A DNA stretch of 63,511 bases, counting the filler. It is 6 parts of 6 records of this genome, joined end to end, with 100 filler letters (N's around TTAATTAATTAA, not from the genome) between each part and the next. Parts side by side here need not be neighbours in the genome. Positions count along the whole stretch, not along the records: positions 36,212 to 43,781 come from SRR20825019_2044; positions 43,882 to 52,147 come from SRR20825019_2049; 4 more parts are not named here. One strand, given 5' to 3'. The notes beneath the pieces were generated by a model. It did not search any database and had not been told where the DNA came from. It saw only the letters and a program-made list of their open reading frames with translations. The stretch's first letter is position 1. Each line of letters starts with the position of its first letter. Position numbers and translations under genes: made by a program. Positions 39,711 to 52,247 of this stretch are shown one piece after another.

Positions 39711-40651
39711 GCTTCTGTAGAGTCTGACTTGCTACCGAAAATCTTTTTCTTAAAGATTCCGAAAGCGCCAACTACACCAATGGCTATAACTTTCCAGAAT
39801 TTTAGTATTAATGCAAAAAAGCCAGCTTTAGCTAAAATTTTACCAGCAATTAATCCACCTATACCGTAAGCGGCAACAGTATCTATGTCTGGATTAAAAT
39901 CTGCATATCTGTTTCCTTCATTAAACTCTACACTACTTAGTATAGGATCTAAATCATTTTGAACCATAGGTAAAACATTCATTTCTCCAATAACATTCAT
40001 AGTTAGAAACCCTTTTCTACCTAAAACTCTAATGTTATAGTTTAATGTGTTAGTTTCATAATTTTCAAAATGAAGTTCTTTAGCCCAATGTAATTTTTTG
40101 GTAGTATTGTCATAATATGGTGGTTGTGCCCAACCAATAAGTTCAATACCGTCATAGCCTAATTTTTTACGTTCTTCATTCATAGCTTCAGACTCTTCTT
40201 GCATGGTTTCTAAAAGCTCATCATAATCTATATCTTCTGCATCTTCATCTTCGATAAAGCCATCTTCTGTATAGGTAATTTCTACAGCGTATGTAAAGTT
40301 GTCTGAAAGTGGATCTATATCTTCTGGGAAAAGTAAGCCTAAAGTTTCTTCAGGCATATTTCCCCACAGGTCTTCTAAAACGTATTTAGATTGCTCTGCA
40401 TTTAAAAATTTATAACCACTAGGCACTTGTAATGTGGCTAGGTCTTCATTTAATGAAATTGATCCGTATTCATAGTTAAACGATGCGTGAATACTGTCTA
40501 CAAGAATTTCGTATTCTTCATCTGATAGTTCATCAGACTCAACTTCTGTGTCGTCTAAAATTGTAGTTTCGGTAAGTGTTTCCACATCATCCTGTGCAAT
40601 GGCAGCGTAGGAAAATGTAATTAATGCAATAGAGAGTAAAAAATGTTTCAT
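39707..40651 (-). CDS. DUF2167-family membrane-anchored protein
   Basis: WAQPPYYD, LNYNIRVLGRKG, RYADF, AAYGIGGLIAG; C-terminal TM. Confidence 0.8.
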   Translation of the reverse strand: MKHFLLSIALITFSYAAIAQDDVETLTETTILDDTEVESDELSDEEYEILVDSIHASFNYEYGSISLNEDLATLQVPSGYKFLNAEQSKYVLEDLWGNMPEETLGLLFPEDIDPLSDNFTYAVEITYTEDGFIEDEDAEDIDYDELLETMQEESEAMNEERKKLGYDGIELIGWAQPPYYDNTTKKLHWAKELHFENYETNTLNYNIRVLGRKGFLTMNVIGEMNVLPMVQNDLDPILSSVEFNEGNRYADFNPDIDTVAAYGIGGLIAGKILAKAGFFALILKFWKVIAIGVVGAFGIFKKKIFGSKSDSTEA

Positions 40652-40752
40652 GTTGATATATGGTAAGTTAGGTTATAAATATATATCAAATTGAAACCCT
40701 TAATTTTCTACAAGATTATTTTTTGTGAAAATTTAAAGAGTTGTTGTGCTAT

Positions 40753-42507
40753 TTACTCTAATCTGTAAACAGGATACTGTAAATGAGCACTTTCGTAATT
40801 TGGGGATTGTTTGTGTAACCAATCTAACTGCAAATACCAATTGCTTCTAAATGATTTATCTGATGCTTTTTTAGCTTCAAATTCTTCTTTAAGTTTTGGG
40901 TTATCTTTTAATAGTTTTTCAGCAACCTCTTCAAAAACATAAGGTGAAAACCCTTCTTTTTGTTGAAGTATACTATCAAAGAAATTCCAATTAAAAAACG
41001 AATCGATAGCAGATGGTTCTAAGGTTTCTAATACATACCTAATTCCTGGCTGGTCGGTATCAATTTTATAATCACCTTTCCTAAATGTAATTTGTTTTTC
41101 AGTACCAGTTACTTTTGTATTTGAATGAAGGTAATGACCTTCATAAGCACTATTACGTGTTTTATAATCATCTATTCGGTAAGCTGTTACTGTTAGCGTT
41201 GTATCTTTATCGAATCTCTCTAGCTTAATTTTATTTAAACGTAGTAGCGAGATGACCTCTTGCCAACCTTGTGGTATAATATAAGATTTAGGAACAGATA
41301 CAGTACGTGTTGGTGTAATGTTATTGTAATAAGATACTTCTTTTGTAAACGGTTTGTCGCGATCATACTTTAAGCGTTGTAATCCTGTAACCTTGCTTTT
41401 AATACGTTCTGCCTCATACCCTTTAAAATTTAATGAAGATTTAGACGTGCTGTCTGTTTTATATTCTAGCGGATATTCGGTTAAACCTCTATAATAGTCT
41501 TCATTTTCTTGTCTTAATTTTTTAATTGTTTCACCATCTTCTTCAAGCATATCGATTACGGTTCGCATAAACTCATAAGTACCTTCCACACGTTGCTTAT
41601 AAGGTTTAAGCATATGCGTTTCAACCATCATTCCTAATGAATTGAATAGAGTAGTATACCCTGTAGAATATCTTGGATGATCCATAAATTGAGAAAACCC
41701 AGTTTCAGGAACTTGATTAAATACATTTACGTAGGGAGTAATAGGCCAATTCTTCTTTTCTAATTGATCTTCTAATTTTGGCATAAAACTGTTGTGTAAA
41801 TAATTACCCAAACTGCCACCTAATTTATTATGCTGTGTAAATAAATGTGTTAAAGTATATTGGTAGTCTGCGCCGTTGCTCACATGATTGTCAATAAATA
41901 CATCTGGCTTTAAGGTGTGGTAAATTTTTGCAAATGCCTTTGCATTTTTTGTGTCAGACTTTATAAAATCTCTGTTTAAGTCATAGTTTCTTGCGTTACC
42001 TCTAAACCCGTATTCTTTAGGACCGTTTTGGTTGGTTCTTGTTGTACTGTTTCTATTTAACGAACCTCCAATATTATAAACTGGTATTACTGCGACTATA
42101 CTATTTTCTGGAGCTTTAATTCTGTTTTCGGCAAAGTCCCTTAGTAACATCATAGTGGCATCTATACCGTCACTTTCTCCTGGATGAATACCATTATTAA
42201 TTAAGATTATATTTTGTTTTTCACCATCATTAAACTCAGACTCAAATGTGCGATTGGCATTGTAGGTAACAATATGTAGAGGTTCACCAGAATCTGTGTC
42301 ATCCATTTCATAAATGGCTATAGCTTGATGAGATTCTGCTAAATTTTGATAATACGTTATAACCTCTTCATAAGTAGCGGTTTCAGTTCCGTTAGAATTT
42401 TCAAATCGTGTTTCAAAATCAAATTCTGTAGATAGCTTGTATTTTGAAAAGTCGCAACTGCTCAAACTAAAGATGCACAACATTAGAAGTGAAAAGCGTA
42501 AGATCAT
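40753..42507 (-). CDS. M14 zinc carboxypeptidase lipoprotein
   Basis: IHPGE (HxxE), DLNRDF, IDNH; lipobox SSC. Confidence 0.85.
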   Translation of the reverse strand: MILRFSLLMLCIFSLSSCDFSKYKLSTEFDFETRFENSNGTETATYEEVITYYQNLAESHQAIAIYEMDDTDSGEPLHIVTYNANRTFESEFNDGEKQNIILINNGIHPGESDGIDATMMLLRDFAENRIKAPENSIVAVIPVYNIGGSLNRNSTTRTNQNGPKEYGFRGNARNYDLNRDFIKSDTKNAKAFAKIYHTLKPDVFIDNHVSNGADYQYTLTHLFTQHNKLGGSLGNYLHNSFMPKLEDQLEKKNWPITPYVNVFNQVPETGFSQFMDHPRYSTGYTTLFNSLGMMVETHMLKPYKQRVEGTYEFMRTVIDMLEEDGETIKKLRQENEDYYRGLTEYPLEYKTDSTSKSSLNFKGYEAERIKSKVTGLQRLKYDRDKPFTKEVSYYNNITPTRTVSVPKSYIIPQGWQEVISLLRLNKIKLERFDKDTTLTVTAYRIDDYKTRNSAYEGHYLHSNTKVTGTEKQITFRKGDYKIDTDQPGIRYVLETLEPSAIDSFFNWNFFDSILQQKEGFSPYVFEEVAEKLLKDNPKLKEEFEAKKASDKSFRSNWYLQLDWLHKQSPNYESAHLQYPVYRLE

Positions 42508-42615
42508 AATTGTAATTTTAAATGCTAAAGATATTGATTATATAAAAAAGTGACGATAGCAGACGCATTTCATTTCAAAAACGTAGTTTAGTCTTATTAA
42601 TTCTATTCTTAACTT

Positions 42616-43734
42616 ATGAAGAAGGCGCTTTCTATCTTGATGCTTTTATTTATAAATGCCATTTTTAGTTATAAATATCTTTCTAGGGAGTTTGATAATG
42701 CTTGGATTGTAGCGGCTATTTTAGTTGTAATACAACTCTTTGGTTTTCTTTATTTGAGTAAAATTAATATACCTAAGAAATTGTTTAATAGTGCTGTTAT
42801 AATAACAGGTTTAGGTATAATAGCTTTAGTTGTAATTGCTTATCTAAAAATTCCATTAGACACATTAAATGTAGACAGATGGAGTGTTATAGATTCATTT
42901 TGGTCTTTTTATTTTGATGGTAAGTACCCTTATTTGGCAAGTTCTCATATGGGAAATCCGCCAGGATCTATGCCAATGTACTTTATACTATCCTTGCCTT
43001 TTTGGTGGTTGGGCGAGTTAAGTATTTTTAGTAGTCTTGGCTATTTATCTATACTCTATCTATTAGTATATAGGTATAACGATTTAAAAACTCGCAAAGG
43101 TATATTGTTATATATAATGACCTCTGTTTTTATGGTTTGGGAACTTACAGTAAGAAGTAATATAATTACAAACACAGTGCTAATTATGATTGCTTTATAT
43201 TGGTTACAGCACGCAGATATTAAGAACTTAAAGAAGAGTTGGCCCCTTGCAGTAATATTAGGACTATTATTAGCAACGAGAGGGAATTTTGCAGTTGTTT
43301 ACATTTTATTCTTCATGTTTCCATTAGTGAAAAAGCAAGTAACATTTTTACAGTTATTTAAATTTACAGCACTTTCTGCAACTGCATTTGCTTCTGTTTT
43401 TTTAATTATTATAGCAATATATGGTACAGTGTTTTTTGAGGCAAACCCATTTATATTTCACTCTACATTGTTTGTGCCTACATCATATATTATAGCATTT
43501 TTTGTAATTGCATTTGTACTTTCATTCTTCTCAAAAACCCAAGACGACTTGTATTTTTATAGTGGTTTAACTTTGTTTAGCATTATCTTACTTTATGCTA
43601 TTAACCTAGTAAATATTTACGGTTTTACAGAAGCTTATATAGAGCGCAGTTGGATAGATATTTCTTATTTTTTATTTTCTGTGCCATTCTTATTGTTCTA
43701 TTTACTTAAAAGCCAGCCAATAGCTTTAAAATAA
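42616..43734 (+). CDS. Polytopic membrane protein (possibly GT-C glycosyltransferase-like)
   Basis: About ten hydrophobic segments with an early loop VDRWS...YPY...P. Confidence 0.6.
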   Translation: MKKALSILMLLFINAIFSYKYLSREFDNAWIVAAILVVIQLFGFLYLSKINIPKKLFNSAVIITGLGIIALVVIAYLKIPLDTLNVDRWSVIDSFWSFYFDGKYPYLASSHMGNPPGSMPMYFILSLPFWWLGELSIFSSLGYLSILYLLVYRYNDLKTRKGILLYIMTSVFMVWELTVRSNIITNTVLIMIALYWLQHADIKNLKKSWPLAVILGLLLATRGNFAVVYILFFMFPLVKKQVTFLQLFKFTALSATAFASVFLIIIAIYGTVFFEANPFIFHSTLFVPTSYIIAFFVIAFVLSFFSKTQDDLYFYSGLTLFSIILLYAINLVNIYGFTEAYIERSWIDISYFLFSVPFLLFYLLKSQPIALK

Positions 43735-43742
43735 AATCTTTT

Positions 43743-43776
43743 AACTAAAAAATTAGTTTAAACTAAATATTTAGTT
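43743..43776. promoter_or_regulatory. Two tandem palindromic operators
   Basis: AACTAA-AAAA-TTAGTT (43743-43758) and AACTAA-ATAT-TTAGTT (43761-43776). Confidence 0.5.
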
Positions 43777-43781
43777 ATATT

Positions 43782-43881
43782 NNNNNNNNNNNNNNNNNNN
43801 NNNNNNNNNNNNNNNNNNNNNNNNNTTAATTAATTAANNNNNNNNNNNNNNNNNNNNNNNNNNNNNNNNNNNNNNNNNNNN
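43782..43881. other. Artificial contig spacer
   Basis: N44-TTAATTAATTAA-N44. Confidence 0.99.
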
Positions 43882-46800
43882 CCGTCAAAGGGGGAACTAC
43901 TATATTTCAGAGACGTCACACCCCACATCGAGTCCGAAATGCCCCTCATTTTCTCCAAACTTGAAACAGCAACAACAACCAAAGTTATAGAGCTGTCTGG
44001 GAAGCGTGATGTGGCGAACGGTGTCGCTATGAGGAGGCCCTTGGTAGTATCGTCGTTGTCAGGCCGTATCGACGCCTGCATGAAGACTGCACTTAAACGC
44101 GTCTTACACCTCCTCAAAGTCATACAATTCATTGAAGAGGGGGTCGGAAATAGGATGCCCAAAAATACTCTAACAAAAACAACAACAACTGCTACTGGTG
44201 AGGATCATAATGAGGACGATGTATCACCATCTAAGCCAGCTTCTCCCATCTTCCGCAAGAAGGCAGCAACTGCCAAGGCATCTCTCGATTCCAGACGTCG
44301 TCGCCGTCAGCAAAAGACAATCTCTTTCCATCCAGTAGATGCCATACTTGCCAAAGTGTTGGAGGGAGCCTACACCGACGTCGAGACAATTCTGGTTAGG
44401 ATTTCCCTAGTTTCACCAACAATGTCTGCCAATAACCTGAATAGCTCTGCGGCGTGGTTGAAGAGTCGTACTAGCTCCTCTCAGCGTCTTTCCGAGTTTA
44501 ACAACTCATCTACGTCGGGATCCCCTCGCTCCCACAGGAAATCCAGCGTAGAATTTACCAGCGATGTGATATTTGATGATTCTGTTCGAGGTCCTGCTGG
44601 TGGAAGTGGTGGTGGGCACCCTGCCTCCTCTTCTCTACCATTTATGCTTCCATCAGCCCACAATACGCCCCCCAATACTACAAGCCATCCCCCAATCCTC
44701 CTGACCACCTCATCTAGTCGTCAGGATGTTATTATTGCGTCTGGACGTGCATCCAGGCAACCGACAGCTCCTCCTGGTGCTACATTTACCCGCGAAGGTG
44801 GGAGGCCCCTGGCAGGGTTTGATACACGACGAACCTCTGCCTTCTCCAACAATTCATCCATGTTCCAAAGAACCACTTCTCAGATCGGTTGTGATGATTC
44901 CGACGAGCAACCATCCTCCATCTTCCAACCTGTTCCCAATCCGAATAGGCGAGGAACCGTCACCAGCCCATACGACAACAACGCACGACCCTCCACCTCT
45001 ACACCCAACACCAATGCATCGGATGGAAGCATTCACTCCCTATCTCGCCTACAGCCCAACAATGGTAGTGGGGCTAATTTGCTGGCTACACACACGACAT
45101 GTGTCACAAGTACTTCCCCATCGTCCTCACCACCCCAGTCCGCCATCATCCCCTCCCCTCCTCCTCATCCGAATAATAGCGTTGGCAATGAGCGGCCTGT
45201 ACTTGCTAGCTTCCCTACAATAACCGTCCAACGTGGTAGTGTTGGAGCGGTAGATGTAGGTAAGGGCGAAGAACATCAACAAGGGGGAGGGAGAGTTGAG
45301 GAGGAGCCAGCATCCCCCACCTTGGCTGTCGATGGTACCGCCCAGGAGCAATCCACCAGCAGCACAATTGGCGATCCCTTAACCGCGAAAAAGATGATTG
45401 CGACCACCGCCCTGACCAAACTCCTTCAACCTCCTCCTGCATACCACCACTCTACCCCTGGGGGAGGAGCAGCTGCGAGCGCTAGTTGTGACGATTCAAC
45501 ATCTAAGTCGATTAGCGTCGTACCGTCGATTATGTTCCCAGCAGGATTGTATGGCGAAGGCTCTAGATCATCCCCTATTACAACCAATACTCCTGTATGC
45601 ACTGGTGGTGAGGATGCTATGAGTAGTGCTGCTGCAAGGTGGGGTGCACTTCCGCACACGTACGTTGAGGGTGGGTTGATGATGCAACCACCCATCCCCT
45701 CTTCTTCTGGTGGGGACAGCCCTCCCTACAGCGGCACCTACACTGTAGACGGTAGTTTCCATCCTCCCTCTCCTGCTATTGCCATCACTGCAACTACTAC
45801 ATCACCCCTAACAACATCCTATCACCAAAACAACAACCATAATGTAGGGGGCAGTTTGGGCTCGTCCCCGTCGCAACCTGTATTTAAAGGACCAAACTCA
45901 GAGAGTCTATTTGAGGTAGTGACCACGCATCGACGCCGAGGCCCGAAGACGAGATCCAAGGCCATCAACCGCAACAACTCCGCCGAGAGCACCCCTACGG
46001 AAACAACCACCACCGATACCAACAATCATCACATATCAGAGTTCATGATGGCGCAAAATGACGATGTCGTTGGTGAAGAATTCTCTACCCCTGCTGTTGT
46101 GGGGTGTGGTGGTGGTATTGGTGCCAGCACTAGTTACTTTAGTGGGCTGCACCCCTCCACAGGTACCAGCATGCAGAACAGCATTAGCGGTGCCCCCGAC
46201 ACTTCACCCAGCCTCCTACCCTCACCAAACACAGCACCACTAGCACCACATCAACTCCAATCACGTATCAGCGGTGGCCTACACAACGTCGTCAACAGCG
46301 GCGCCAATAGGACGATGTCGGTTGGGAGCCTGTTCAACTCCCCCCAGGCCACAAGCCTGTCTCAGCCGTCATCTACTAATATGGCAAGTATCCTACCATC
46401 AACAAGCATCGGAAGCGCCATCCACAACAACAATAATACGACCAATATTACTTCTGCTACTAAGAATCTACCACAACCCTTGTCCCGATACGCGCCAATC
46501 AACACATTACCACCGCCAGCACGGACAGGGAGTCTACCATCTCATGTTGACTCATCTACGCCAGCCACTCCCAATAGTTTTGGCAACAGTACCCCAAGCG
46601 GTGGAGCTGGAAAGGGCGCTCCACCAGGGGGTGGTGCGAAGTCGGGAAGTACGTCCCAGCAATGGGCTCTTGGCTCCTACAACAGCGAGCACTCTTACCT
46701 GGCTAAGATGTACGGGAATATGTCACAGGTGTCGTCCACAAGCATCCAACCATCCCATCATCACTTGTCGGCAACCCATCATATTACTGCCACTGGTGAG

Positions 46801-49800
46801 GGTGGTGTAGGGGGAGGAGGTGATAGTGGATCAGCCCCATCCATCTCAACACCTCCCCATCAAGGGGTGTCTATCTCCTCTGCGAATGGTACAAGAGGCA
46901 CCTCCTCATCGTCCATTGCCGTGATGGCTAATGCTGTCATGATGGGTCCTTCTTCCTCTTCCACCCCTCCCCGATCCCGATCCTCGGCTATCATGGAAAT
47001 CCTGGGTAAATCCCCACCCCAACGCCATACATCTGAATCCAGTGGTGGTGCAGAAGCAGGTGGAACGGCCACCGTCTCACCCACCAGGCAGGGGAATCCA
47101 CTCTCATGTGCAACCGAAGCCCGCCATGTCCTGGTCAACATTGTTACAGCCAATGGGGAGACGGTGAACGTGTTGGCGAAGGGGGAGGAGTGTTGGGGAG
47201 TGTCGGACGATGATCGGTCCTACGCATCAGGTACCTCAAGCAACGGCCCCGCATCGACGGGAACCGGAGCTACCCAATCCGTCATTGTGCCAAGTGGCCA
47301 GAATATCTCCCGTCACGATGTCCTCAGAGGTATATTAGCGGACCGTACCCGCTCCCGTCCAGCAAGTGAATTCAGGGAGGAGTTGGAGATGTGTGTGTAT
47401 GAGCCCATCTCGCTTGCAGACTTCTCTGGACGGCGGCAGAGCGTAAGTAGTGCCGCGGGGGCTGACAGCTTCAGGCAGCGATCAGCATCATCACGAGTAT
47501 ACCCTACCCCCAGATCCCAAAAAACTTCCCCAGCCGTCGCTTTATTGGATGCTGCAGTTGTAACAACAAAACAGAAGAGTTCAGATGGTAGCAGTAGTTT
47601 CAGGTCAGATAGTTTATGTACTCCTGTACTACATTCATCGGTGAAGGCCACCTCCGGTACCTTCTCCCCCTCTGCTCTCGCTGGAGCTATTCAGCACAAT
47701 CCACCCAACAACAACAACAACAACAGCATACAGCGTTTATATCCCGTTGTTATGGTGCCACCTTCCAACAACAACAACTCACCACAACACCAATCCGGAT
47801 CAGGGACTCCATCTTCATCTATTCCATCCTTTGATAGTGATGGGGTAGTTGGCGGTCCAAATCGTCACCACGATGTTATTTTTGTCGAGAAGTCGTTGTC
47901 GCCCCGTGGTAGGCGTATCGGGAGTGGGAATCATCACTCGCCCCTTAACCAGCCCGACTATTCCGCATCGAGAACTCCATCCACTGCACCATCCAGCACT
48001 GTCAATCGAACCCCCCTCCGTACCACAACCCCTGCCGCCTACAACCACCCTCACCGCAACCATCCCGAGCTCTCAGGTACGCCACCTTCTCTCTCCCAAA
48101 CAGAGCTTAGCCGGGCATGTAGTAAAGGAAGCAGCTCCCAGCGGGGCGGTGAAAATGACGGTGCACCTCCCAACGCACTCTTCTTCCTCCACACAAACAA
48201 CAATACCGCAAACCCCAACCACACAGGCAGTACCAACCTTGGATCGACCACCTCCACAAATCCCAACCATAGAAGCTTAGCCGCGCTTCTAAATAACAGT
48301 AGTCTTGCTGAGCTCTTCCCAGTGGTGCTTCCTTCGTTCGACTCCGACCGCACCGTCGCGATGATGGGCCGCCCCTCGCCACTTCTACTTCCAAGCACTG
48401 CATCAACACCCGCGGCTGCGGTCAACAGTGCTACCAGTACTAAACATAATGCTGCTGTTACTGCTACTAATTCTGGTCGTCTAAATGAGATTATTTCCAA
48501 GATTACTAAACAGTATATGGGCAGTGTGGGATCCTCCAGTCTCCCTGCTGACACTACCACACACATCCCCACCGTGAGTTCAAGTTGTGCTGCGAGTCAT
48601 ATACCCCTCATCTCGGAATCTACCCCAAGCGAGCCGAACCTTTCTGTCTCAGCACTCACCTCACATCACCGCACGGTGCATCATCCTACTCGTGGAAGGA
48701 ACAGCAACAACAACAACCCTCACAGAACGAAGAGTCCCATGAGGGGCGTCGATATCTTTAAGACTCCGCAATCGACCACGTACGACTATTCCATATCCCC
48801 AGAGAACGATAGTGCTACAGGAGGAGTTCACGCGAGTGCATCTACCACATCCACTTCACAACACAACACCTACCACCAATATAATCAACAGCATGGTAGC
48901 ACGTCCTCGTCGCTTTTCCGCCCCGCAGCAAGGTCGTTATCGACAGTTCCACCCTTTGGACACACCCCTAACAACAAGACGTTCATGTCGACCTTCGGGG
49001 ATAGTGATACACTACCACCACCCGAGGCAATCCTCACTCTCCACGGGGCCAACCAACTACACCCCTTTGCCAGATCACCCACCACATCACCCACTACTAC
49101 TGCTACTACGACTCCCAGCAACCCATCCCCCCGACACGCCCCTCGGGAATTTGTCCGACGGGTATCATCGTCCTCCAGTGGAAACAACAAAGACATCACA
49201 TTCGTCCCCTCAGATGTCACCGCCCCATCAGCGGCCGCGTTGCGAAAGCAACAACACACTCCCCTGGCCATGGCCACTCCTGCGATCCCTATGGACACCC
49301 TAAACGTGTCGTCTGAGGCAGGTGGTGCCGGTGAGAGTGTTGTTGGAAGTGGGGGCAGTACCATTATGCTACATCACATAGCCACCATCCCCATCTCTGG
49401 GTCATCCCACAACAATTTACTTTTAACTGGAAGTGTTGGAAGTGAGGTTGCCATCTCGACGAGCACTGCCGTGGGTGCAACATCTACTACCAATACCGTT
49501 GCCTCCAACACCTCCGCTGCAGCGATAACACCACCACAGCAACCTGCCAGTAGCGGTAACGTGTTTCAACACGGCACAGCAACGACATCATCCTCTCAAA
49601 ATAATGGTGATAAAACTGAGGAGAATTGGTATTCCCCTGACGGATCGGTAGAGAATCACAGCAACATTCATCAACACCAGCATATCATCAGCAACTACAA
49701 TACCCACAACACAAATGTCTCCTCTTCGCCATCTCCTTCCACCGCGACAGGCTTCACGAATGACAGCTTCTTAGCTCGATGCGCCTTGAATCTTACACCA

Positions 49801-52147
49801 CCTAACAGTAGTGTACTTCCTGCGATGTCATCGAGGAGTGTTGCAGCTGCTGCTACTAGGAGTGCGTCGGCGGGGAAGCATTCCAGCGCGCCCTCGGCTA
49901 TATCCGTATCTCCACCTTCAGCTCCCCTGACACCCTATCAGATTCAAACACCCCCTCATGCTACTCAACTCAGTGGAAATGCGAACTCACAAAGAACAAC
50001 CACGCCTACCTCCAATAGTAGTTTTGCATCTCATGCAGACGCATTAAATAAAATGTTTGGGGGTAAACTTCCCACATACCAAAACCACATGCACCCCCAC
50101 AACCAGGCCCCTACTACTGTTGGTACCACCCTCGCCACCAACAACAGTGGAAGTATACCTACCAGTCCCACTCCTCTTACCTCCAACACTACCCCACCCT
50201 CTCAGCTATCACCCCCTACAACTCCAGCAGCAACCCAGGAAACCGCAACAACAACCACCACCAATAATACCTCCTCGACGGCGGTTGGGGTATCCTCCTC
50301 ACATCACTCGTCGAATTTTGCTACATCCTTCCCAACGGTACGGTCCCCAATTCTCTCCATCCCAGCGCCTGTCATTGACTCTTGCTCCATGTCCTCGGGC
50401 CCCGTATCGGTCACAACCACCGGCAACAACCCCCTATCAGGGGATGCAACTGCTGACACGAGCGGGTCAACGAATGGAGGAGGAGGAGGTGGTCCTCATC
50501 AGTTCCAGCTACAAAATCCTGGATCTAGTGGCTTAGGAGCCCCACCTCCTCCCATCGGTGGTGCCGCCTCGGATTGTTTCTCTAGACTATCATCACTATC
50601 AGGTATGAGTCCAGGAGGTGGCGGCGGGGGTCCCCTAAAGCTACCATCCCTCTCCCCCAACAGCGACCACATCCAATCAATTCCATCCGGCACTTTTACG
50701 TCACCCCCTGGTAGTGGTGCTAGTAGTAGTGCCCGACGAAGCCTTGGCAGCGATAAGGCATCGTCCTTAATCATCGGCGGGGGAGGCCAACAACAACACA
50801 TTGGTGTAGCCTCATCAACAGTAGCAGTAGGAACAGGTGGTGGCAGTGGTGGTGGAAGTGGTTTGCAGCAGCTGGTGTCCAACAGTACACGAAACAGTCT
50901 TAACTCCGACTCGAGTGATACTGGCACTAATCTTACCAATAGTAAGGGTGGCACAAGCACTATGAAAAATAGAGAGACGATGATGGGACTCCCTCCCCAA
51001 CATCCTAGCCCCACTACACCTAAAAACAACACCATGCCAGGTGGAATCGGGACGAGTTGGAGCAGCGGCCATTTTACATCCTTTGATTCTGTAGGCGAAC
51101 ATAAGTCTACGCATTTGTTCTCCTTCCCACCGCTACTAGGAAGTGACAGATCACGAACCCCTTCCAGTGGAGACTGTGGTGGCGACAAGAACGGCACACT
51201 TGGTCCAGCCTCAGGAGGAGGTCCCCTCCGCAATAATAACCACAATCACATCCGACGTCAATCTATGATGTCGTCTGTGTCGGTTACATCAGGTCGGCAG
51301 GTAAGCTCCTCCAGAAGCATTGCGGTTGGGGAGCCACTCATCGCGTTTGATACGGCTGCAGCATGTGGCAGCACCTCCGGAGCAGGTGGTGGGGTGCATA
51401 CTAGTAATATGATAGGGAGTCAGAATTCATCCATGGGGCATCCGCTGATGGGCCCCGGTATGTACTCATTATTTGCCAGTGGATTCGGTTCGTCGATGCA
51501 ACAGGCGAACGATAGTACTGCATCTCTTGTTACAAAGGCTGGGATGCTGATTGAACTATTTATTACATCGGTCACGTCCGCGCCCTCAACCAGTACCCCA
51601 CAGCACCCCTCAAACAGCAACATCATTGGGGTAGGTGGAAGAGGATCCGATTCGTCGTCATTACATCCACAACCCAGTGGGGGTGCCGTTCAGCCTACTA
51701 CATCCACCGGCACCATCAACACCACTACAAGTAACAGTCACAGTGGTACTGGCATCTCTTCGACATTGAATGCAAATTTGGTATCACATCCTGCGGGTTC
51801 GGGAGCCGCATCGTCATCAGCCTTTACACATCATCTCGGCATTGGGGCGGGAAGCACGGTGGGTGGTACCAGCAGCTCTGCCAATACAGCAGCGTCATCG
51901 CTACTTCCACACCATTCATTTACTGCGGCAGACTTGTCTGCTGTTACTGGTGTTCCGGTGAGGGAGGTGCGGGAGGCACTGGGGGCAATGTCGTCAGTCC
52001 ATCGTCATCGACTACAGGTCATACGGGGCGAGAGCCCCCCAAGTCTCTCCTTCACAAACCAACAACATGGCAGTAACAATGGCAACTACAACCGACCCCC
52101 ACTTCTTGGAGGATCGTCCTCGCTACCTGGGGGGTCCCCCCACAGTA
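43882..52147 (+). CDS. Very large low-complexity eukaryotic protein, internal fragment
   Basis: One frame is open across the whole 8.27-kb contig; S/T/P/G/N/H-rich with homopolymer runs; no recognisable domain. Confidence 0.75.
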
Positions 52148-52247
52148 NNNNNNNNNNNNNNNNNNNNNNNNNNNNNNNNNNNNNNNNNNNNTTAATTAAT
52201 TAANNNNNNNNNNNNNNNNNNNNNNNNNNNNNNNNNNNNNNNNNNNN
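52148..52247. other. Artificial contig spacer
   Basis: N44-TTAATTAATTAA-N44. Confidence 0.99.
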
